NCBI GenBank assembly: GCA_024275415.1
Contig: JAJRZD010000005.1
Coordinates: 1-32,000, forward strand
DNA length: 32,000 nt
Reading direction: 5' to 3'
DNA from: an archaeon
Lineage (GTDB): Archaea; Asgardarchaeota; Thorarchaeia; Thorarchaeales; Thorarchaeaceae
Position 1 is the first letter of the stretch. The number at the start of each line of letters is the position of its first letter. The notes below the pieces were generated by a model. That model was not told the origin of the DNA and did no database searches. It saw nothing but the letters and a program-made list of their open reading frames with translations. Shown piece by piece: positions 1 through 7,669 of this stretch. Position numbers and translations under genes: made by a program.

Positions 1-321
1 AAGCGTTTCGAGGCTATGCAGAAGCAGATGGATGACCGTTTCGAGGCTATGGACAAGCGTTTTGAGGCTATGCAGAAGCAGATAGATGACCGTTTCGAGG
101 CTATGCAGAAGCAGATAGACAAGCGTTTCGAGGCTATGGACAAGCGTTTTGAGGCTATGCAGAAGCAGATAGATGACCGTTTTGAGGCTATGCAGAAGCA
201 GATAGATGACCGTTTTGAGGCTATGCAGAAGCAGATAGATGACCGTTTTGAGGCCATGCAGAAACGGATGGATGACCGTTTCGAGGCCATGCAGGAGCAA
301 ATGGATAGACGTTTCCGAGAA
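1..321 (+). repeat. In-frame coding tandem repeat: 33-nt units (MQKQIDDRFEA) mixed with 21-nt units (MDKRFEA)
   Basis: Read directly from 16-321: units of 11,7,11,11,7,11,11,11,11,11 codons (last one degenerate, MQEQMDRRFRE), preceded by a partial unit at 1-15. Near-identical DNA, consensus atgcagaagcagatagatgaccgtttYgaggct. Confidence 0.97.
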
Positions 322-771
322 ACTCACGAGATACTAATAGTGATGCAGGCCGACCTTGCAGACCTGTCTGGGAAATATGGGAAACGGGCAGAGGATGCAG
401 TCCGAAAACTTCTCACTAAGATCCTGCAGGATGAAGGCATCGAAACAGGCAGGATTCGTCACCTTGCCATCGTCGATGAAACCGGTGAAATCTTTGGCAA
501 GGGTTACACCACGGATATTGACATCTATTATGAAGGAACGAAGACCTGGGTGATCGAATATAAGGCACGTGCCAAGAGTGAGGACATCATCCATCTGAAT
601 CTTGTTGCAAAGCTTCTGCGCACACAATACAAAACCAATCCTGACAGGGTTGTCATGGTGACATTGAATGTCAATGATGATGCCAAGGTCTTGGCGGATG
701 ATCTTGGGATTGAGGTTATACATGGGAAGACAAGCAATCCCGATATGTACTTGCCCAGTGAATTCTCATGA
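1..771 (+). CDS. 5'-truncated protein: long repeat coiled coil plus C-terminal PD-(D/E)XK-like nuclease domain (archaeal DUF3782/DUF1626-like)
   Basis: Frame +1 is open from base 1 (KRFEA...), so the start lies outside the window. The C-terminal domain has GKRAEDAVR...TDIDIYYEGTKTWVIEYK, an E...D-x-D...E-x-K pattern typical of restriction-endonuclease-like folds, and ends in the LGIEVI motif common in this archaeal family. Stop TGA at 769-771. Confidence 0.72.
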   Translation, partial: KRFEAMQKQMDDRFEAMDKRFEAMQKQIDDRFEAMQKQIDKRFEAMDKRFEAMQKQIDDRFEAMQKQIDDRFEAMQKQIDDRFEAMQKRMDDRFEAMQEQMDRRFRETHEILIVMQADLADLSGKYGKRAEDAVRKLLTKILQDEGIETGRIRHLAIVDETGEIFGKGYTTDIDIYYEGTKTWVIEYKARAKSEDIIHLNLVAKLLRTQYKTNPDRVVMVTLNVNDDAKVLADDLGIEVIHGKTSNPDMYLPSEFS

Positions 772-927
772 TGTAGGACTCCCAGTATGACATCAATCCC
801 TTCACTGGAGCCAAGCCTAGCAACGGCAACCTGGTACCAGTGATTCATAATATGTTGGTTAATTGTTTCGGGCCATTACAGAATTCCATGACACACGAAA
901 CAAGTGTATAACTACTCTTGAGGCTGA

Positions 928-1180
928 GGTGAAAAGGTTCGTATCAATGCGAGCAAACTAGGTGCGAAGAAACCCGTTTTCTTTGTTTCTCCTGCAAACG
1001 GGAATGTCACACCTTCGAGCCATATTGATGTTCTGGTAGTCATTCGGAATCTTGGTGTCCAGAACCGTCTAGGTTTAGGTCTGCCTGAGAGAATTCCGTC
1101 ACTAGGAAGACAATGCTGAACGCGTAGTTGTACTGAGTGAGAATGTCTTGGAGAAGATTTGGAAACGTTTCAATGATTAG
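928..1180 (+). pseudogene. Degenerate minimal nucleotidyltransferase (MNT, COG1708-like) remnant
   Basis: 928-1119 reads GEKVRINASKLGAKKPVFFVSPANGNVTPSSHIDVLVVIRNL, matching the MNT signature (VylFGS-x3-G-x5-SDIDvLVV) with G>V and D>H changes. After a frameshift, 1109-1180 reads DNAERVVVLSENVLEKIWKRFND*, like the archaeal MNT C-terminus. No start codon; not in the ORF track. Confidence 0.5.
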
Positions 1181-1257
1181 CATACTTCGCATTAACTTGG
1201 ACTCCACCACGTTTTACAGCAGTCTATTGCTTGGTTTCACAAGACTTTAGAGGAAGA

Positions 1258-2502
1258 ATGGCATTGTCTGATGCCCACGAGGTACAAACTTTGAATGACA
1301 GTTCCATTGCGATTGATTTCGCAGGCATCCATTTCAAAAACCCATTCATGCTTTCATCCGCACCGCCATCAATGAGCCCGCGCTTGGTAATACGGGCGGC
1401 CAGACTGGGTTGGGGCGGTGCAGTTTTGAAAACAGTAACTGAGAATCCCACGGTCGATCCTAGAACCCGGCTAGGTGCCTTGCGAAAGGATGGACGCTTG
1501 ATTGGGATGAACAATATCGAGCTGTTGTCCCGAGAAACTGTTGATACTTGGGTCAGATCCTATATTCCTCAGATGCGGAAGGAGTCCCCTGAAGGGTTTG
1601 TCTTGATTGCAAGTATCATGAGCAGTCCTGACCCTGATAGTTGGACTACCCTTGCAGAAACCGTTACTTCCGCTGAAGTGGATGCGATCGAACTGAACGT
1701 TTCTTGCCCTCATGGCTCTCCCGAGAAGCACATGGGTGCCTTCATCGGGCAGAACCCAGATTTGGTGGAGTCAGTGACACGAGCAGCCAAGAAGGGCACT
1801 GACCTCCCGATTCTTGTCAAGCTCACCCCTAACGTCACTGATGTTGTTTCAATTGCCCAAGCTGCGAAGAAGGGCGGTGCAGATGGGGTTTCAGCCATCA
1901 ACACGGTCGAATCCCTGATAGGAATTGATGTCGAAGCGGCGACTCCGCTGCCGGCAGCCTACCCGACTGCGCCTGGAACCACGTTCAGTACTTACGGGGG
2001 TTTCTGTGGTCCAGCAGTCCGCCCTATCGGTCTGCGCGTGGTATCTCAGATTGCAAGAGCAGACCCTGACCTTCAGATATCAGGCATAGGTGGAATTGAA
2101 GACTGGCATAGTGCAGCCGAGTATATCATGGTCGGAGCCCAGACGCTCCAAGTGTGTACTGCGGTGATGTGGCATGGGTTCGGTATTATCAAGGACATGA
2201 CGGCCGGACTTGCGGAATTCCTCGCTCGGAAAGGGTACGAGGATTTGCAATCAATGGTTGGCCTAGCTCTTCCGAAGCTCACATCATGGGAGGCACTGGA
2301 CAAACTCCCTCCCGTCATTGCCAAGATTACCGATGCCTGTACAGGATGTAAGAAGTGTGTCATTGCCTGTGCTGACGGTGGCTATCTGGCGATTCAGATG
2401 CGGGACGGCAAGGCTGTAGTGAATCCCGAGAAATGCGATGGCTGTGGACTGTGTTCGGTCGTCTGCGATGATAACGCAGTGGAATTCGTATATTCGTCGT
2501 AA
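1258..2502 (+). CDS. preA: NAD-dependent dihydropyrimidine dehydrogenase subunit PreA (FMN TIM barrel plus 2x[4Fe-4S])
   Basis: KNPFMLSSAPP, GWGGAVLKT, active-site IELNVSCPHG, VKLTPN, C-terminal CTGCKKCVIAC and CDGCGLCSVVC. ATG 1258 follows AGAGGA; the ORF track extends to TTG 1231. Confidence 0.9.
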   Translation: MALSDAHEVQTLNDSSIAIDFAGIHFKNPFMLSSAPPSMSPRLVIRAARLGWGGAVLKTVTENPTVDPRTRLGALRKDGRLIGMNNIELLSRETVDTWVRSYIPQMRKESPEGFVLIASIMSSPDPDSWTTLAETVTSAEVDAIELNVSCPHGSPEKHMGAFIGQNPDLVESVTRAAKKGTDLPILVKLTPNVTDVVSIAQAAKKGGADGVSAINTVESLIGIDVEAATPLPAAYPTAPGTTFSTYGGFCGPAVRPIGLRVVSQIARADPDLQISGIGGIEDWHSAAEYIMVGAQTLQVCTAVMWHGFGIIKDMTAGLAEFLARKGYEDLQSMVGLALPKLTSWEALDKLPPVIAKITDACTGCKKCVIACADGGYLAIQMRDGKAVVNPEKCDGCGLCSVVCDDNAVEFVYSS

Positions 2503-2566
2503 TTACGCAAGAATCAAATAGCTGACGAACTGTTAGCTTAACTCCGCAAGACCGGAAGTGCGAAAA

Positions 2567-4018
2567 ATGACTGAGGTAGTAAAGAACTATATCAACGGCA
2601 AATGGGTGGAATCAAAGTCGAAAGAAACCAGCGATGTGATCAATCCTGCAACTGGTGAGGTAATCGCTAAGACTCCCATGAGTACTATCGAAGAAACCAA
2701 CCAGGCAATAGAAGCCGCGAAGCAGGCTTTCAGACGTTGGCGGTCTACCCCCACCATGACACGTGCCAGACACCTGAACCGGATTCGTAGTGCATTCGAA
2801 GACCATTTTGAAGAACTCAGCAAGATTCTCACAACTGAGCAGGGCAAAACCCTTGATGAGGCACGAGGAGAGTACAGGCGTACAATCGAGAACATTGAAT
2901 GTGCAACAAGCATCCCCTCTTTACAAATGGGCTACAATGCTGAGGATATTGCAGCAGGAATTGATGAGATGGTCATCAAACAGCCCCTCGGAGTGTTCTT
3001 CTGCATAGCTCCCTTCAACTTTCCCGGAATGGTACCGACATGGTTCTGGCCTTTCGCTATTGGGACAGGGAACACCTATATCGTGAAGCCATCACCCCAA
3101 GTACCCCTCAGTCAAGTCAGACAATTCGAGATAATCCACGAACTTGGTCTTCCCAAAGGTGTATTGAACATGGTACATGGTGGGGCTGAGGTCGCTAATG
3201 CATTGATTGAGAGCCCTGACACTATTGGGGTTTCATTTGTCGGTTCTACCCACGTTGGAAAGATTGTATACAAGAAAGCCGGGGAGTTCGGCAAGCGGGC
3301 ACAAGTCCAAGGCGGTGCAAAGAACTTTATCACGGTCATGCCCGATGCAGACCTCAAACGAACAGTTCCGGCAATCATTACTTCTTTCTACGGATGCACA
3401 GGGCAACGATGCCTTGCTGGTGGTGTGCTTCTTGCTGTGGGCGATATATATGAGCCACTAAAGGAAAAGGTAGTTGAGGCATCAGAGGAACTCATTGTAG
3501 GAAATGGGCTTGAGGAAGGAGTCCAGATGGGACCTATGGCGTCCAAGCATGGCATGGAGCATACCCTCAGTCTCATCGAGTCAGGAATCAAGGAAGGGGC
3601 TGAACTCCTCCTTGATGGTCGTGGCATAAAGGTCGATGGTTATCCAGATGGGTACTTCATTGGCCCAACCGTATTTGATAAGGTCAAGCCCGATATGAAG
3701 ATTGCAACCGAGGAAATCTTTGGTCCGGTCATCCCGATAATCCATGTGAAAGACCTTGATGAGGCAATTGAGATCATTGATGCTAATCGATACGGGAATG
3801 CCTCATCAGTCTTCACTTCTAGTGGCAAAGTCGCACGAGATTATCAATACCGTGTCAAGGCCGGCAACATTGGTATTAACATTGGAGTTGCAGCACCCAT
3901 AGCCACATTTCCGTTCTCTGGCATGAAAGACTCTTTCCTTGGCGACCTCCATGGGCAAGGGCAAGATGCTGTAGACTTCTTCACCGAGAACAAAGTTATC
4001 ATCACACGTTGGTTCTAG
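2567..4018 (+). CDS. mmsA: CoA-acylating (methyl)malonate-semialdehyde dehydrogenase
   Basis: ALDH motifs PFNFP, FVGST, GGAKN, catalytic GCTGQRCLA, EEIFGPV, and the MmsA-typical end GDLHGQGQDAVDFFTENKVIITRWF. ATG 2567 (GTG 2558 alternative). Confidence 0.92.
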   Translation: MTEVVKNYINGKWVESKSKETSDVINPATGEVIAKTPMSTIEETNQAIEAAKQAFRRWRSTPTMTRARHLNRIRSAFEDHFEELSKILTTEQGKTLDEARGEYRRTIENIECATSIPSLQMGYNAEDIAAGIDEMVIKQPLGVFFCIAPFNFPGMVPTWFWPFAIGTGNTYIVKPSPQVPLSQVRQFEIIHELGLPKGVLNMVHGGAEVANALIESPDTIGVSFVGSTHVGKIVYKKAGEFGKRAQVQGGAKNFITVMPDADLKRTVPAIITSFYGCTGQRCLAGGVLLAVGDIYEPLKEKVVEASEELIVGNGLEEGVQMGPMASKHGMEHTLSLIESGIKEGAELLLDGRGIKVDGYPDGYFIGPTVFDKVKPDMKIATEEIFGPVIPIIHVKDLDEAIEIIDANRYGNASSVFTSSGKVARDYQYRVKAGNIGINIGVAAPIATFPFSGMKDSFLGDLHGQGQDAVDFFTENKVIITRWF

Positions 4019-4030
4019 GATGTGATACGA

Positions 4031-4459
4031 TTGGCGTTGGGAACATTTGGGGCTGTGATGCAATTTGCCATCGATAATGAAGCAGGGACAATGGGACTCT
4101 ATGAGCAAGCAGTCCGGTTATCTTCCAGTAAGAAAGTGAAAGCATTTTTTGCTGATTTAGTCGAACAGTTATCTAAAAGGGTTGACACACTAGAACGAAT
4201 TCGTCGTGAGAACATCACAGAGATGATATTAGAGCCCATTACAGATTTCTACGCCGATGAATACCCACTTAAACTTGAAATGAATGAGAATGATGATCGA
4301 GTCGTTTGTGAATCAGCAATAATTGTTGAGGAAACCCGCATGAAGTTCTTTAGGTATGGTGCACAAAAACTCGAATTCCTTATCGAAGTGGCTGATGCAT
4401 TCGAGCGAATGGCCGATGAGAACCAAGAAAATATCGATTCTCTGCGATCTTTCCTATAG
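4031..4459 (+). CDS. Ferritin-like / rubrerythrin-fold four-helix protein lacking the His ligands
   Basis: TFGAVMQFAIDNEAGTMGLYE (E-x6-Y), RRENITEMILEPI, second half AIIVEETRMKFF...MADENQE. TTG 4031 follows GGATGTGA; the ORF track starts at GTG 4022. Confidence 0.65.
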   Translation: MALGTFGAVMQFAIDNEAGTMGLYEQAVRLSSSKKVKAFFADLVEQLSKRVDTLERIRRENITEMILEPITDFYADEYPLKLEMNENDDRVVCESAIIVEETRMKFFRYGAQKLEFLIEVADAFERMADENQENIDSLRSFL

Positions 4460-4542
4460 AACGTGGCTCTACGTACGAGTATAGCAGTGTCAATCAAAAC
4501 GATCTGCTATCGCACTGCATACCCGATGTGTGTATATCCCAG

Positions 4543-4758
4543 TCACTCGGATAATGACGGATTGGGATGAACACATGAACCATGCCCTACTGGATAGATT
4601 CCGATCATGTCTACGAGCCTATGCAGGTTGCCATATGTATCGTACAGATAATGGTTCCTGAGGAGAACATCTGCTTCAGGTATGAAGGTTCGATTGTGAT
4701 AACAAAAGATGACTGTGATGTGTTAGGCAATGCTCCTATGAAAATCACAGAGTTGTAA
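4543..4758 (+). pseudogene. C-terminal remnant of an M24 (Xaa-Pro/creatinase family) peptidase
   Basis: One frame reads SLG**RIGMNT*TMPYWIDSDHVYEPMQVAICIVQIMVPEENICFRYEGSIVITKDDCDVLGNAPMKITEL*, with HEP (4574-4582) in a shifted frame. This matches the M24 tail GHGIGLxxHEP...R(I/Y)ED(T/S)VVVTxDGCEVL. Three stops and local indels. Confidence 0.6.
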
Positions 4759-4769
4759 AAATAAGGCAA

Positions 4770-4789
4770 GGAGTGCGTTCTAGCACTCC
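4770..4789 (-). terminator. Hairpin 10 nt after the MFS stop codon
   Basis: Perfect 7-bp inverted repeat GGAGTGC-gttcta-GCACTCC; on the minus strand it is followed by TTGCCTTATTTTT. Confidence 0.4.
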
Positions 4790-4798
4790 CATTCTGTT

Positions 4799-6070
4799 CT
4801 ATCTTTCTGCTTCTATCTCTTCTAGCGTCTTGCCCTTTGTTTCAAGTGGCTTCGCTATGAGCGTGAAGAGCGGAATGACCATGAGGATTCCTGCAAAGAG
4901 CCAAAATCCGACCATGTTTGCGGCTAGTCCGATCACGACCGATGACATGAGGGGGCCTATCACATATCCAAAACGAGCTCCTGTTATGCAAACTCCGACA
5001 CTTGTGGATCGCACCTCGTTTGGAAATATCTCAACGATATAGACGTAGATCCATGCCAGTAGCATTGCCATGAAGAAGAACGCGGTCTGATAAAGGAGCG
5101 GAAGCCCCGTGAGTCCAAGTCCGATCATACTCAGCATCGCGCCAAGTGAGCCGATGACAAGCACGATGTTCCTTCCAACCTTATCCAGTAGAACCCCAGC
5201 TATTAATGCTGCAACAGGAAGCAAAAGTCCCGCAACAGTAAGGATGGTATTGAACTCCGCGGGACTCAGTCCTTGTACATTCACGAAGTAGGAACCTCCG
5301 AATGTGGTGACCATCTTGAATGAAATAGTCCATGTAAGATAGACTGTCGTTGCAATCAGGATATACTTGTAGTCTTCCTTTCGGATCTTCTTGACAGCAT
5401 CAAGTATTCCAAGTCTGGCATCACCTCGCGCATCCTTGGTGTCTAGCCATCTCTGGGGCTCTTTCATGAATGCCAAGAGGATCATGAGAACGACCATGAG
5501 GAAGAACATGACTCCGTATCCCCACTGCCAGCCAAAGCCGTCAATGATCTTTGTTCCAACAATGGCGTATATCGGGATGACGCCAATCAGGAATGCTATA
5601 CTTCCATACATGCCTCTACTCTTTGCTGGTGCCTCCTCTGAAATGGGCACTTCCCACAGATTACTTGTTGTACCCATGATGATGATCGAGTAGAGAAGCA
5701 GGAAGATGTAGATGTTCACTGACAAGAAGACTATCAGAATCGCAGGAAGTCCCATCACTGCCACAAGAAGCATTATGCCTCTTTTCCTACCATACGCATC
5801 CGCAAACCACGCGATGAAGAACACCCCAAAGACAATGATCCCGAATATTCCTTGGAGGAATGCGAATTCACTCTGTGCAGCTGCAATCTCTGCTGCTGTG
5901 CTGGTTTCAGTGATTCCCCAAAAGTCCCTCAAGATACCTGTTAGCGCCTTCGCTTCTATCAAGGATAGCCAGCTATCCATGTTGCTCACTAGACCCATGA
6001 GCAACACAAGGAAAATCAGATACCTCTTTGAAGCAGTTGAGGGCTCAGCTGCTTGATTTTCACTATTCAA
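4799..6070 (-). CDS. MFS transporter
   Basis: About 12 hydrophobic segments; MFS motif A twice (WFADAYGRKRG and LLDKVGRNIV); EEAPAKSRG and EIFPNEVRSTSVG; C-terminal PLETKGKTLEEI. TTG start after GGAGGTTG. Confidence 0.92.
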   Translation of the reverse strand: MNSENQAAEPSTASKRYLIFLVLLMGLVSNMDSWLSLIEAKALTGILRDFWGITETSTAAEIAAAQSEFAFLQGIFGIIVFGVFFIAWFADAYGRKRGIMLLVAVMGLPAILIVFLSVNIYIFLLLYSIIIMGTTSNLWEVPISEEAPAKSRGMYGSIAFLIGVIPIYAIVGTKIIDGFGWQWGYGVMFFLMVVLMILLAFMKEPQRWLDTKDARGDARLGILDAVKKIRKEDYKYILIATTVYLTWTISFKMVTTFGGSYFVNVQGLSPAEFNTILTVAGLLLPVAALIAGVLLDKVGRNIVLVIGSLGAMLSMIGLGLTGLPLLYQTAFFFMAMLLAWIYVYIVEIFPNEVRSTSVGVCITGARFGYVIGPLMSSVVIGLAANMVGFWLFAGILMVIPLFTLIAKPLETKGKTLEEIEAER

Positions 6071-6308
6071 ATCTCAACCTCCTTTATATAATGCTAATCG
6101 CTTTGATAATACAATGAGCTATTAGAATCTTGTTATCTTTATTCGGAATGTAACTCAATCCATCAAAACTCGATTTCCACTGGTGGATATCAACTTTCTG
6201 CGTCAGGAAACCTATCCAAGATACATGTTCCAACACAACATCTACTGTTAGAACCATGAAATGAAAGACATATACCGAAGTTCAGTATTACAACAATAGG
6301 TGGTTATT

Positions 6309-6986
6309 ATGGCGATAACGATAAAGTGCCTGGGACATGCCAGCTTTCAAATCACCGCTGACGGCCAGGTCATCTATATTGATCCCTCAACACTGCACAC
6401 CGGTCTGGACGCGAAGGATTTTGAGCCTGCTGACCTCATTCTAGTGACCCATGCTCATGCAGATCACTGTGATCCTGACCTTCTGAAAAAAATCCTCAAG
6501 GCAGGTTCTCCAATCATCGCACCCACAAGATGTAAGGACAGTATCAAGAAAGGAGTGGTCTGGGATTTGAATGCCGGGGAGTTCATGGAAGTGCTTAACA
6601 CTGACATCAAGGTCAGGGCAGTACATGCCTATAATGTGTCGAGAGTCCGCTCTTCAGGTGAGCCTTTCCATCTGAAAGGTGAAGGTGTTGGCTTCATCTT
6701 GACTCTTGGAGGAAAGAGGATCTATCATGCAGGGGATACGGATTTGATCCCCGAAATGGACAGTCTTAGCGAAGTAGATATTGATGTGGCGCTTCTTCCA
6801 AGTGGTGACACATACACAATGGACATTGAGGAGGCTTCCAACGCAGCCATGAAAATCAATCCCAAGGTTGCAATCCCTATGCATCTCAAGGATGCTAACC
6901 CTGAGCTGTTCCGCGAGAAGGTAGAAGGTGGTTCCTCCACTAAGGTCGTGGTTCTGCGAAACGGCGAAGAATTCACACTAGACTAG
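6309..6986 (+). CDS. Metallo-beta-lactamase-fold hydrolase (UPF0173/UlaG-like)
   Basis: LGHASF, THAHADH (HxHxDH), VHAYN, IYHAGDT, IPMH. ATG 6309 (GTG 6300 alternative). Confidence 0.9.
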   Translation: MAITIKCLGHASFQITADGQVIYIDPSTLHTGLDAKDFEPADLILVTHAHADHCDPDLLKKILKAGSPIIAPTRCKDSIKKGVVWDLNAGEFMEVLNTDIKVRAVHAYNVSRVRSSGEPFHLKGEGVGFILTLGGKRIYHAGDTDLIPEMDSLSEVDIDVALLPSGDTYTMDIEEASNAAMKINPKVAIPMHLKDANPELFREKVEGGSSTKVVVLRNGEEFTLD

Positions 6987-7555
6987 TGTTTTTCAGGCAG
7001 ATTGCCAAGCCTTACGATTGCTTCTTTCGCCTCGGCGGAAAAATCGAGCCATGCTAGTGCATCCTCTGAAGAAGATGATATCAAATCCACGGCACGAGCA
7101 TAGGCACTTAATGCCTCATCGTGCCTGCCACTTCGTTCGTATGCTCTCCCGAGTTGATAATGGAGTGGATGTGATGTAGGCGCTATCCGAATACCATGCA
7201 GGAACGCATCTATGGCAAGAAGGCTTCTCCCCTGATCTAAGACTAGTACCCCAAGGTAGTAGTATCCTTCCACATTTCTGGAATCCAGCGTTAACGAGGC
7301 GAGAATGAGATTCTCTCCTTCTGGCTCAAATCCCTGTCCTGCTCTGGCAAGTCCCAAGAACATCATCGCCTTTGGATGATGTGCTTCTGCTTCTAGAACA
7401 GCACGGGCCTTTTGTTCCACGATGCGCCATTCCTCTTTCTGTGATGCCCTGTAAATCTCATCGAAATAGAGTTCTAATCTCGAATCCATCGTTTCGTTAC
7501 CCATGCTCAATATGCTCCGTTTATTACTGGAATAAAGAAACAAGACATGAGTCAT
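6983..7555 (-). CDS. TPR-repeat protein
   Basis: TPR helix pairs: AMMFLGLA...DSRNVEGYYYLGVL...APTSHPLHYQLGRAYERSGRHDEALSAYARAV. ATG 7555 has GGAG upstream; internal ATGs are alternatives. Confidence 0.78.
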   Translation of the reverse strand: MTHVLFLYSSNKRSILSMGNETMDSRLELYFDEIYRASQKEEWRIVEQKARAVLEAEAHHPKAMMFLGLARAGQGFEPEGENLILASLTLDSRNVEGYYYLGVLVLDQGRSLLAIDAFLHGIRIAPTSHPLHYQLGRAYERSGRHDEALSAYARAVDLISSSSEDALAWLDFSAEAKEAIVRLGNLPEKH

Positions 7556-7669
7556 GTTTATAATCTCCTATTTGGAATCAAACCTAACTCGGTATCCTGT
7601 ACCAAGTCGCACATCCACGAATTACTCTAATAAGCCTTGAAGTAATATTAAAAACAAGCTTTGCAGGGG

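Noticed and set aside
1-321. Repeat array as CRISPR or as a non-coding satellite
   Set aside because: Units are contiguous with no unique spacers, are multiples of 3, vary mostly at synonymous or conservative positions, and run in frame into a globular domain.
772-927. HEPN toxin remnant upstream of the MNT relic
   Set aside because: The open stretch DSQYDINPFTGAKPSNGNLVPVIH... shows no Rx4-6H or other HEPN feature that I can identify.
4016-4033. Readthrough fusion of MmsA to the in-frame ferritin-like ORF (TAG GAT GTG)
   Set aside because: MmsA ends at its canonical ITRWF terminus, the downstream gene has its own SD-like motif and start, and in-frame adjacency has a 1-in-3 chance.
4552-4578. 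TGA codons in the M24 remnant as selenocysteine
   Set aside because: They occur alongside a TAA and frameshifts, do not align with Cys positions, and no SECIS-like element was recognised.
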